Source of the DNA: an uncultured virus (IMG/VR IMGVR_UViG_2541047319_000002)
Lineage: Duplodnaviria; Heunggongvirae; Uroviricota; Caudoviricetes
Strand: one strand, 5' to 3'
DNA length: 64,000 bases
IMG/VR virus record: IMGVR_UViG_2541047319_000002
This document shows positions 10,330 through 21,400 of this stretch, piece after piece. How positions within the stretch are numbered: the stretch's first letter is position 1; the number at the start of each line of letters is the position of its first letter. The translations under genes were made by a program, and so were the position numbers. Below the pieces are notes generated by a model, which was not told where the DNA came from, ran no database searches, and was given only the letters and a program-made list of their open reading frames with translations.

Positions 10330-12220
10330 CCATTATTTTGTAATATGTATGTTCGTATCCTATTCTTTTACCTATTATTCTAAAATCACATTTACCTGCA
10401 TATCCAACTACTTTAAAATAATCCTCACCTTTTTCAACAACCTTGCAATTAGCATTAGAACTAAATACTGCAAAATTTAATATACTCTGAGCAAAGATAT
10501 TATTTAATTTTATTATTGTACCAGTTTCTTCAACTTCTACATCAAATAAAACGTCTTCAATTAGAAATTTAGGACTATCAACTGGAGACATACCAAATTT
10601 CGTACCATTTATTTCTATACTTCCTCCGACTTTTGAACCATTTCTACCAAAATTGTGACATTCATCTCCTCTAATCATGAAAGATATTGCTCCATCACTC
10701 CAAATAACAATACCATTGTCAGCCCTTTCGTCAGCAGATGTATAAAACCTAAAATGTCCACGTGAAAAGTCCATTCTTGTGTTTCCATCAGAACCAACCT
10801 CTATTTTATTAGCTCCCAATTTTGCTTCATTTAAATCAAATTTATAATTCTCATACGCATCTACATATATAGCAGCACCTCCATCTCCAACAAAAAAATA
10901 ATTATTACTATTATATTTTAATCTTATAGCTGATGCTTGACTAGAACCATCAGACCTTCTTGCATCTATTGCAAATCCAGACCTGCTACTTCCAAATAAT
11001 CTGATTATTGGTTCATGGCCAGGTGGAGTAGTTAATATATCACATGCTATAGCTCCTTGATTTACTGTTAAACCACTCCTGCTTATCTCTACATAATTTG
11101 ATATATCATTAAATCCAAATTCAATTTTATCAGGTTTAATTCCTACAATTGAACCTAAGCCATTTCTTGTAACCATCATTGTTATATCGTCTTTGGTTAA
11201 TTTAATTTCAGCAGCATTAGTTTTAGTCACACCATCTACTCTAGCTACTTCTAATTTTATTTCTTTAGCTGTAGCATTTATTTGAGAAAATTCTTCTGAT
11301 ATACTTCCACCCATACCTGTTATATAAATTCTATCCACTGTATTTTTAAGTTCATTTATCTTTAAGTTATATTGAGCATTTGCATTTATAGCTAAAATTC
11401 TGTCTGAAGGTGTAATTATACTATCTGAAATAACTGAATTGATTATAGAGTTTAGATTGGTACTTGCTGCATCCAATGCTGTTTTTGAAGTGTTTATTGC
11501 TACTAAGTCTACTCCAGTAGTTCTATCAATAAGTTTTTGTAGCTCTGTATATAAACTTGCTTTGTCTGTATCTAATAAATTAAGTTCAATATCAATCTTT
11601 TCTTTTTCTTCATCTGTAATCTCATTATCATTAAAATAATTAGACATATTAGAACTAAATGTACCTAAATCTGCATTTAACTTAATTATAGACTTATTTA
11701 TGTTTTCTCTTAATGTTATATTTTCTTGTGAACCACCAAAATTTTTAGTAACTTCTTTTACTAATATATTTACATTTTCAGCTCTCTGGTCTATAAGAGA
11801 CATATTTTCTTTTATATGAGATGCATCTTCTTGTACCTCTAAAACTGTCTGATGTATCCCATCTATGTCTTTTTCAATAACTACAAATTTTTCATTGTGT
11901 TTTTCATCTGTTTCATACAATGCCCAGATTTGTTCTTCAGTATTTTTTCTTGAATTACCATCAAAAGATATATTGAATATTGATGAGTTTATAGGAACTT
12001 CTGTATGCTTTCCATTGTCATTTACAACTACTAAAAATTGTGTGTTTCCCTCTGGTAATCTTACATTAGAAACTTTTAATGTCCCTGGATTATCAGCATC
12101 CCAGTATATATATTTTTTATTTGTCTCTTTATCTACTACTTGATAAAGTGTGTTGTTATAAGTAACAATTACTCCAGTAATTCTAATCCATGAATCTGCT
12201 GGTGAATTATCCAATATCAA
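10295..12220 (-). CDS. Minor tail structural protein (tail tip/central fibre)
   Basis: Coiled-coil with D..IT..EK motifs and beta-rich C-terminus; follows Tal-like gene. Confidence 0.65.
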   Translation of the reverse strand: MILDNSPADSWIRITGVIVTYNNTLYQVVDKETNKKYIYWDADNPGTLKVSNVRLPEGNTQFLVVVNDNGKHTEVPINSSIFNISFDGNSRKNTEEQIWALYETDEKHNEKFVVIEKDIDGIHQTVLEVQEDASHIKENMSLIDQRAENVNILVKEVTKNFGGSQENITLRENINKSIIKLNADLGTFSSNMSNYFNDNEITDEEKEKIDIELNLLDTDKASLYTELQKLIDRTTGVDLVAINTSKTALDAASTNLNSIINSVISDSIITPSDRILAINANAQYNLKINELKNTVDRIYITGMGGSISEEFSQINATAKEIKLEVARVDGVTKTNAAEIKLTKDDITMMVTRNGLGSIVGIKPDKIEFGFNDISNYVEISRSGLTVNQGAIACDILTTPPGHEPIIRLFGSSRSGFAIDARRSDGSSQASAIRLKYNSNNYFFVGDGGAAIYVDAYENYKFDLNEAKLGANKIEVGSDGNTRMDFSRGHFRFYTSADERADNGIVIWSDGAISFMIRGDECHNFGRNGSKVGGSIEINGTKFGMSPVDSPKFLIEDVLFDVEVEETGTIIKLNNIFAQSILNFAVFSSNANCKVVEKGEDYFKVVGYAGKCDFRIIGKRIGYEHTYYKIMGGEEQHGDWKE

Positions 12221-12221
12221 T

Positions 12222-13937
12222 TTACATCAGCTCCTTTTGTATATTTTTCCTAGGAATATATTCATCTGGTAGGTTAATTCTTTTCTTCTGTTGCTGAATA
12301 AATAAATGTCTTTTAGAGTTCAATGTTCTTGTTGCATGTTCAGCTTTAGTCAAATAATCAGCTATAGTTCTTTTGTCATCTTCTTTTATTTTTTTATTAC
12401 TTAAAGTTAATTCTAAAGTATCCAATTTCCCATTTTTTAAATTCTGGGTAAAAGATGTAAAATATACTAATTCTTCTTCTTTAGATTCTTTGCTATGTAA
12501 CACTATAATATCTCCTAAACTCAAATCTCCCTTCCAATGTTGTCTAAAATTAATATCTATAATTCTATCTAAGAAGTTTATAACATCCAGAGTCCATTCT
12601 CGTGTTGGAATACATTTCAAACTTAATTGCCTTTTACCTTCTGCTATTAAATCTTCAACTTTTAAAAAAGCATCATTTGTATAAGTGTCATAGTAGAGGA
12701 ACTCATTTAATTCATCTAATAGAACCTCATTAAATATTAAATATCCATCCTCATCAGTTGAAGTCTCCCTCTTACAAAGAATATTTATATCTTTTATACT
12801 TTCATCTAACTTAGCTATTTCTTCTTCTAAATGTTTTATTTGAACATCCAATATGACTTTTTTATCTTCTAGTTCACTTATCTCTACTGCTATTTTAGCT
12901 GAATTTATTTCATCTTTATGCTGTGGATTATCATATGTCTTTTTTATATCTTTTTTCTTACTTATCATCTCTATTACCATTTGCCATTCGTTGCTTTTAC
13001 TATCACGTTCTCTTTGTTTCTTAAGCTTTGTATCTATTAGTTCTCTCCAAATTGGCTCTCTTATTTCATTCATTTCTTGGTATTTCTTTATAGCTCTACT
13101 AAGTTCTTCACTCATTTCTTTATTGTCTAAGAAATAAGAATAATTCTCAATGTAATCATATCCTGTAACTGTAGCTCCTATTACATTCATATCTTCACTA
13201 CCTTCAAGCTTCAGTCTAGTTACTATATCATCACTATTTGTAGTTCTTTCAAGTGATTTTATGTAGTTATCATGAGATAAATATAACTGAATGTTATCTC
13301 CAAAACTATCTATATGATACAAATTAACTAAATTATTATAAGTATCAAAATCAGCTATACATTCAAATTGTTCTTTTAGTTCATTATTAAAATAGTCTAA
13401 CCAGTTAGAATTAATACTTTCTTGCCATCTTACCTTTTCTCTCTTATTACCTTCACTATCAGTTTCATAAGCAATTGAATCATCCACATAACCAAGTTTC
13501 CAGCCTGTCTCTTGTTTTAAATAATCATTAAGAGATATAATAGATGCTTCTTCATCTTTGGTAAACATCTGTAATCCATAGTCCTCAATATTCACATCAA
13601 TTTTTCCTAGTTTAACTTCTTTAGATTTAGCTGTTACTACTTTTAACTTATCATCTGTTGTTACAACATTCTTAATTACAAAGTACTCTTTATTATTAAG
13701 ACAAATAAGACGTTCTTCTTTTACTTCTTCAAAAATGGGATTTATTATTTTATTAAATAAAAATCTATCTGTAATATATTTTGGAATGGTCAGTTGTATT
13801 TCATCTACTCCACCAAGTTCACGCTTTATAGAATTTAAAAAGTTGATTGGGATTTGACCTAAAAATGACTTGTTCATCTTGTGAATGGTTAATGTGTAAT
13901 CAGATTTTATCTGTTTAAGATTCACATTAAAATGCAT
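12222..13937 (-). CDS. Prophage tail endopeptidase-like / Tal hub protein
   Basis: NYIKSLERTTNSDDIVTRL and GYDYIENYSYF motifs; downstream of tape measure gene. Confidence 0.7.
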   Translation of the reverse strand: MHFNVNLKQIKSDYTLTIHKMNKSFLGQIPINFLNSIKRELGGVDEIQLTIPKYITDRFLFNKIINPIFEEVKEERLICLNNKEYFVIKNVVTTDDKLKVVTAKSKEVKLGKIDVNIEDYGLQMFTKDEEASIISLNDYLKQETGWKLGYVDDSIAYETDSEGNKREKVRWQESINSNWLDYFNNELKEQFECIADFDTYNNLVNLYHIDSFGDNIQLYLSHDNYIKSLERTTNSDDIVTRLKLEGSEDMNVIGATVTGYDYIENYSYFLDNKEMSEELSRAIKKYQEMNEIREPIWRELIDTKLKKQRERDSKSNEWQMVIEMISKKKDIKKTYDNPQHKDEINSAKIAVEISELEDKKVILDVQIKHLEEEIAKLDESIKDINILCKRETSTDEDGYLIFNEVLLDELNEFLYYDTYTNDAFLKVEDLIAEGKRQLSLKCIPTREWTLDVINFLDRIIDINFRQHWKGDLSLGDIIVLHSKESKEEELVYFTSFTQNLKNGKLDTLELTLSNKKIKEDDKRTIADYLTKAEHATRTLNSKRHLFIQQQKKRINLPDEYIPRKNIQKELM

Positions 13938-13988
13938 ATTTTATCACCTTCTTTACATAAAAATAACTCATCTAATGATGAGTTATTT

Positions 13989-14324
13989 TTATTCAGTTGT
14001 AGTTGCCATTTCTTTTACTCTTTCACTTGCAATGTCATAAACTAAACTATCTTCTCTGACTGATATTACTATTATTCTCATAATATTGTTTTCCATTACT
14101 AAATTATAAACTACTCTTATTCCAATACCTCTTAACTTTATCTTAAAACAATTTGTGAGATTATTATTCCCTTTATTACCTAATGGTTTACCATATCCAT
14201 CAGGACTCGGTAGAGGGTTATAAGAAACTTTTTCAATTGCCTTTAAAACTTGTTTTCTTTGAGAATTATCTAATTTTTTTAAATCTTTATGTGAATCTTT
14301 TGTATAAAAAATATTCCATTTCAT
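13989..14324 (-). CDS. relE: RelE/ParE-family type II toxin
   Basis: W.I.YT..S.KDLKKLD...YGKPLG....NL...FKIKLR..GIRVVY motif; coupled to upstream antitoxin. Confidence 0.85.
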   Translation of the reverse strand: MKWNIFYTKDSHKDLKKLDNSQRKQVLKAIEKVSYNPLPSPDGYGKPLGNKGNNNLTNCFKIKLRGIGIRVVYNLVMENNIMRIIVISVREDSLVYDIASERVKEMATTTE

Positions 14325-14659
14325 TATTCAAAATCCACCTCAATATTTTCAAGGTCTTTTTCACTAATATCCAAATCTTTCATAAGCTCACTTTGAGATA
14401 TTAATTCTTCTTCATTTATATTTTTCATTCTTTTTTCTGTTTCAAGAAGAAGTTTGTAGTCTTCTATGGCATTTATCATTTCTTCATACTTTTCAGGTGT
14501 AATCAAAACACATGTTGGAATATTATTTTTCACAACAATTTTACTTCCAGATTTTTTTACTTCATCAAATATTTTATTTGCTTCCCCTTTGTTGAATCGA
14601 GAAATAGGAACTATAGTATTCAACATATTAGCCATCAGTAAATCTCTATTGTTCAACAT
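14324..14659 (-). CDS. Phd/YefM-family antitoxin
   Basis: IVPISRFNKGEANKIFDEV....KIVVKNN.P.CVLI.PE.YE; stop overlaps toxin start. Confidence 0.85.
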   Translation of the reverse strand: MLNNRDLLMANMLNTIVPISRFNKGEANKIFDEVKKSGSKIVVKNNIPTCVLITPEKYEEMINAIEDYKLLLETEKRMKNINEEELISQSELMKDLDISEKDLENIEVDFE

Positions 14660-15012
14660 AATAACACCTCCTAATAGTATATATAAATTATAACATAACC
14701 ATTAATATTTATCAATTAATTAATATATAAATACATCAATAAATTTAACTATAATAATTTATTTTAGTATAAAAAGAGCCACTTGTTTAAGGTGGCAATA
14801 GATAAGTAGTAATTCTTGTGTAAAATTTTTAAATTTTCTGTTATCTGTATTATATCTTTATTCTACTGCTGTCGTCAATATAATATTAAATTTAACATAT
14901 TGGTAATTTATGGTATAATATTTTTAGAGACTACATAAAAAAACTATTAGGGTGAATCTTCATGTACATAAGCCTTCCCATGTCATATCAAGATGGGAGG
15001 TGATATGATATT

Positions 15013-15192
15013 ATGAAATATTTAATTTGTTTGCTAACGATAATAACATTTCTTACAACTATAATAATCAGTTTGATAAAATTGGTTCAGAGTTTGAATA
15101 GACTTCTTAAAGAAATAGATGAGTTTAAGAAAACGTTGCAAAAAATTAAGAATCACCCGAATGCCAGTTCAGGTGATTCTTCTTCCAATTAA
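15013..15192 (+). CDS. Type I toxin-like small membrane peptide (59 aa)
   Basis: MKYLICLLTIITFLTTIIISLIKLVQSLNRLLKEIDEFKKTLQKIKNHPNASSGDSSSN; GGGAGG RBS inside CTTCCCAT/ATGGGAGG hairpin; extended -10 TGGTATAAT at 14911-14919. Confidence 0.7.
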   Translation: MKYLICLLTIITFLTTIIISLIKLVQSLNRLLKEIDEFKKTLQKIKNHPNASSGDSSSN

Positions 15193-15285
15193 TTTGCAAT
15201 GCTTATTTATGAAGAGACATCCTAGTGCAAATAGTTTGTAGTCTCTTTTTTTTATGTCTTTATGATATAAATTTATATCATTTAT
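15140..15285 (-). ncRNA. Putative antisense antitoxin RNA of type I TA
   Basis: Convergent extended -10 (TGATATAAT, minus, ~15292-15300); AAGAATCACC/GGTGATTCTT hairpin followed by a U-tract on the minus strand; ends approximate. Confidence 0.55.
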
Positions 15286-15423
15286 ATTACTATTATATCA
15301 TAAATACGTTTTTTATAAACAATATTTTTTATTAGATAAATATATATTTTCAAAAAAAATCTGACTATAAATTATAAAACGTAAGTAAATGAGTGAATAA
15401 TAAATAAAGACCAATTACATATA

Positions 15424-18400
15424 TTAAGACCTAGTATTAGAAATAATTTTTTTGTTATTTTCTTCAATCATTTTCCTCATCTTCTTTTCAAATTCAGGCA
15501 TTACATCTTTAGTTACATTCCCTTGTACAACAACAAATGGTGAATTATAATTAACTGCTGATATTGGAGATGTACTTCTTGAACGAGAATTTGAAGGAGG
15601 ATTATAATTAGGCATAGCAAATTTACTTAAATCTAATTCATCCAATATGTCATTAATATCTTCTAATGTATCTTTACCTTCTTTTAATCTATCGAGCCAT
15701 TCCTGCTTAGTGACAGAACCCATTGCCAACATACCATCTTCATATTTATTTATGTATTCAATAATAGCATCTTGAAGTTTCTTAACCTCTCCATCAAGAC
15801 CTACAAATTTACCACTTGAAATTGCTTCATTAATTAAATCAACTAAATTTTCATCTGAGTATTTTTTCTCTAACTCTTCTTTTAATTTATCTGCTTCTTC
15901 TTGTAGTCTGTCAGACTCCTTATCATACATATCATTGACTTGGTCGTCCACATGGTCTTGTACTAAATCCTGTAATTTCTTCTGTTCTTCTTTTAATTGT
16001 TTTTGTAAATCTTTAAGTTTCTTCTGACCACTTAAAGAACTATCTCTTTCAGCTATTGCTATTTGCTTTTCTAAATCACTTATTACATCTTGTTGTTCTT
16101 CATAATCATCTTTATATTTGGCTTCTTTTCTTGAATCATTGTAAGCATCTTGTTGCTTTTTAAGAGAATCAATTTTAGCTTTAGTTTCTTTATCTATTTC
16201 TTTAAGTCTCTCTTCAAGCTCTTTTTTATACATGTCTCTAATTTTCTCTTGTAGACTTTGAGCTTCTTTGAGCTGTTCTTTATAAGCATCTTGAATCTCT
16301 TTATTTAAATTTTCTATTTCTTCTTTATTTTGCTTAATTTGATTATTAGCATCAGGTAAATCTTTAAGAAGTAAATCTAAATATTTTTTAGCATTTTCTT
16401 CTATTTCTTTATATTTATCTGCATCTTTGTTATTTTTTAGAAACTCTAATTGTTGCCCATAATTCTTTATATCTTTACCATCAGCAGAAAATTCAAACCC
16501 TTCTTTTGATAACCCTTCTCTTAACTCTTTTGCAGTATCTTCATAGACTTTAATAACATCTTTAATTTCCTTAGCTTGTTTGGCTAATAATTCTTTTTTC
16601 TTTTCAATTAAGTCTAACTTTTCATCTCCTTCAGCATTTTTCATAAGAATGTCTATTAAGTCTATTTCATTTTGTATCTCAGTAACATGTTTTTGTGCTG
16701 AGGTTAAATCCGCTTCCCTAGCAATCTCTTTTAATTCTTTTTTAAATTCCTCTGCTGCTCTAGTTGATTCTATAAGAGAATTTGTTACTTCTTGTTGAGC
16801 ATCTGCAACTTTCGGTATCTCAGTAAAAGCAATCTTTAAATATTCTTCAACAACCTTTTTTTCTTCTTCTATTTTCTTCTTACGTTCTTCACTCTTTTTA
16901 CTACCTTTGTCGCTCTCTGATTGCTTATCTAATTTCTCTAATTCTTTTTCTAATGATATTAATTTTTCTTCATAACTAGTTAAGTTATCATCATCTGAAA
17001 AAGTGTACTTATAATCTTTTTTAAGTCTATCTTTTAGTCTATTCTTTTGAGTATTAAGTGCCTTATCTTTTTGGTCTAACAATGTTAGTTCTTCTTTATA
17101 TAAAGCGTTTTGTTCTTCAAGATATTTAAGTTTATCTTTTCCACTTGAATATTTCATTTTCTTATCTAAAAGAGATATTCTATCTGTAACTTTAGATATC
17201 GCATTTTCTAATTCTTTTAGTAACTCAATGCTATATTTTACTGCTGCATCAATAGATTTTGTATCTAATGCTATTTTAGGAGTTTTAGTTATACGAGAGA
17301 ATTTCTCTGTAAGAGTTTTAATTGGAGATGTGGCTCTTGATACTGTTCTTGAGAATAAAGATGGTTTTGTTACAGGAGTTTCGTCACTTATTGGTGCTGG
17401 TTCTGATGTTCTAGGTTGGGCTGATAGATTAGCTGGAATTGCTTGTGGAGTTTCTATAGAATTTATGGATTGCACACTTTTTCTATCACTCTTTAATCCA
17501 CCTAATATATTATTTGCAAATTGAGAAGCAATTCCTCCTAGAGTCCCTACTGTACGAAGATGTGCTGTTATTGTAAAACTCTTATCACTTAGTTTTTTAT
17601 TTTCAGTTTGACGAATTGTTTCTAAAGCAGCAGAATTATTCGCTTTAAGTTTAGCCCACTTGTCTTTTATTGTTTTTTTATCAACACTATCTATGCCCTC
17701 AATAGCTCCTTCAATAGCTGCAATTACTTCAACTTGTTTTTCAGGAGGTAATTTTTCTATTTCAGCAATTAATGAATTAATATCTCCATTAGTTAGTGAT
17801 TTTATTATATTTATTTTTACGTCTTTGTCTAGGTCTAAAGCATTTAAATTCTCAACTTCATCTAATGCATCTGGATTATTTACTATAAGATTAGCTATAA
17901 TGTCTTTGCTTTCAGGGAAATCATTATAAAGTTGTTCTATTAAATATAACTTATCTTCATTATTTAACATAAAATTAAGAACTTGATTTTTTTGTTCATC
18001 TGGTGTTGATTCATATAGTTTTGTAGCTCTCTCAAGCTCATCTGCATTTTCTACAGCAAAGCTAACAACCTTACTTTTTGTTTCTTCTGGAACATTATCA
18101 TATAGTTTTTGAAATGCTTCAGCCTTTTCTGGATTTTTAATTATAACTTCGGCAAATACTTTTTTATCTTTTTTGTCTTCTAATCCATCATATATAGATT
18201 TCATTTTATCAAAATCATCTAAACCATTTAAATTTATGCTATAATCCATAGCTATAGTTGGATTATCCATAAGCCATTTTTGTACGGCTTCATAGTCCTT
18301 TAGATTTTTTAAACTATCAACATTATCAGTTATAAATTTATTAGTAAAAGTTGAATTTGTTGGAAGATTTTTTACTATATCAGCAAAAATTTTAACTTGT

Positions 18401-21400
18401 TCAGTCTCAATACCTGATGATTCTAATTTTAATTTTACATCATTTCTTCCTTCAAGCTGTTTAAATGAATTTAAAGTATTTCTAAGCTCTTCATTTTTCT
18501 TTAACTTAAGTTCAATTTGTTTTGTTGGAGGTGTATTTAATATATCATCTACAAGTTTTTCTGCTTCTTTATCTTTTGAAAATGCATATCCTTTAGGATT
18601 CTGCTTGTCTTTTAAAGCTTCTTTAGTAGCTTTTTTAGCTTCTTTAACAGGGTCTTTCTTATCTTTATCGCCATTTATTTCTTTTAATTTTTTTTGAATC
18701 CATTCAATAGCATCTGATGCTAAGTCTTTAACCTCTATAGTAAAAATTTTATTTGCTATTTCAGAAGAACTAATAGTCTCAATATCATCTTTAGCTTTTT
18801 CTATTTCAGCAATTATTTCTACTCGTTTATCTGGTGGTAAACTTTCAATAGCTTTGCCTAAAGCATCTATATCTCCATCAGATAAGGCTTTGTATATATT
18901 TATTCTTACATCCTTATCTAAAGGAATTTTATCCAATGATGTTATTAAATCCTGAACCCCTAATTTACCATCATTTTGCTTCAAATATATTTCTGTAATT
19001 TTCTCATCAGGTATATGTTCTAAGGCATCTTTTAAATTAACAGAATTATACAAAGCCTCTCCCGCTTCTGCTATAAAATATGTTTTAAGTTCCGCAGGTA
19101 CTTTCTTATATATCTCTGATACTTCAACAGCTTTTTCTAGTCCAACTCCATCAGCTTCTAATTTAGTTTTGAGTTCAGAAGGTACTTCGGCATACTTAGA
19201 TGTTAAATCTAATATTTTTCTACCACCTTCGTCTGCTCCTTCTTCTTTTATGATAGTTTTTACTTCTTTTGGAAATTTATCATAAATTCTTTTTACTGAA
19301 TCAGCTTCTTCTAATGTTGTAGTTGGATTAGCTTTTATGACTGTGATTACTTCTTCTGGAAGCTCCTCATATCTTTGCTTTAAACTACTTATTATTTGTT
19401 CTGCATTAGCTTGACCTGAATCATTACTTAAAAGTATTTCTGGAGTTATAGTAAACTTACCTTTTCCAAATTTATTATCTAAATCATTTTGAAGTTTAGT
19501 TATATCTGGGTCACCAGTCTGTAATTCCATTAATACATCCATAGTGAATTTTAATACATCAGTAGAACTTGCCCCTGTTCCTAATAGAGCATCTATCATG
19601 CCTTTAACTTGACTAGGAACTTCTTTAGTATTCTTAATGTCAGTTAATATATTTGCATCAACTTTTACATCTCCAGTTATTGTTGTTGTATCTAATATAT
19701 TCTGAATACTATCAAATTGATTTTGGAGTTGCATTGCAAGTTTATCACCATTTGCTAAATCTAGTTTTGTTTTACCAAACTTAGCTAATAATGTATTTAT
19801 AGATGTCATATCTTTAATTCCATTTGGATTTACTTGCCCAAATAAATTTTCCCATATATTAGCATCTGTGTTAGTTGCTTTAGCTATACTCTTAGCTGTT
19901 TTATCTATTGTTTGATTATATTTTTCTATATCTTGTGTTCTAGCAAATTCTTCATTTGCATCTTTAAGAGTTTTAGATAAATCTCCTACATCAACTTTCC
20001 CACTTCTAACAGCAGTAAGCAATTTGTTGACTGCCTGTTCTGTGTCTACTAGAGTATCTGGTGTAACTTCACTAAAATCAAATAAACTTTCAAGTCCAGC
20101 AAAATTAGACTTATCATTGCCTTCTAATCCACTATAAAGAGTTTTATTCTTAATGTTAGAAAATATTCCATCTCCTATTTCTTTTGAATACCCTTGAATT
20201 TTATCTACTTGATTTCTATACATTTCATCATATTTGAAATATATTTTTTCTTCTTCTGCTTTAGCTGACATTAATTCATTTCTGGCTTTATCTCTTGCTC
20301 TGCCAGTTGAATTATTATATTTCTCGATTGCTTTTTCTTGTCTTTTTTTATTCTTTTCAACTTCTGCTGTATAATCTTCTTCTATTTTTACAAGCTTACC
20401 AGTTTCACTTTCTCTCATTCTTTCTTCTAAAGTTTTATTTACATCTTTACTTGGAGAATTTAATTTTTTAGCAGCAGTTTTCGCATTATCATGTTTATCA
20501 TAGGACATCAATCTTTCTTTTGCATTGATAGCTCTATCTATTTCAGCAATTAAATCAGTAACCTGACCTTTTAAAATAGGTATACCATTTTCATCTGTTC
20601 CTATAACTGCATCTGGTTTTATTTTTGCAATCTGTTGTTTTAGTTCATTTAATCTATTATTATCTTCTTTAGACTTATTTTCTTTTTTAGATAAATTATC
20701 ATATTCTTCTGCAAGTGCTTGTAATTGAACTTTTTGGCTTTCATATGAATTAATTTGTTGTTTTGAAGCTTGAATATTTTTCTTTCTAGCTTGATAAGCA
20801 TTTTCTTCTCTATTTGCATAATTTTCCATAGCTTGTGCTAATAGACTTACACCTGCAAATGCAGCAGTTAAAACTAAAGAATTTCCAACTGTAGTTGCTA
20901 TACCTTTACCAAAATTTACAATGCTACTCCCTGCAAATGCCTTACCAATATTACCAAGCCCATCACTTATTGTATCTTTTCTACTTTTAGAAACAACTTT
21001 TAATTTTTGATTATATTTTTCATATGACTTTGTTCTGTCTTCATTTATTTTTATTTCTTTAGCTGTTGCCTTTTTTAAACTATTGGTTGTTGATGTATAT
21101 TTTCCTACAATGCCATTTTGACTATTTATAGTTCTATTAACAACTTGATTTGATTTAGCATTGTTTTTTGAAGCATTAGTATTTTTATTTATAGCACTTG
21201 TATATTGATTAGTAAATTTTGTAGCTCTTTCAAAGTCTTTAAATTTAACAGATTTTCTATTGTTTTGAAAGGCACTAAATATACTTCCTCCTAAATTCGT
21301 GATTGGTTTACTGGTACCTAATGCTTTAATTGTCATAAATAAAGACGATAAACCTGCTAGGGCTACAGGAAGCGAAACATGCATTTTGTCAGCCGCTTTA

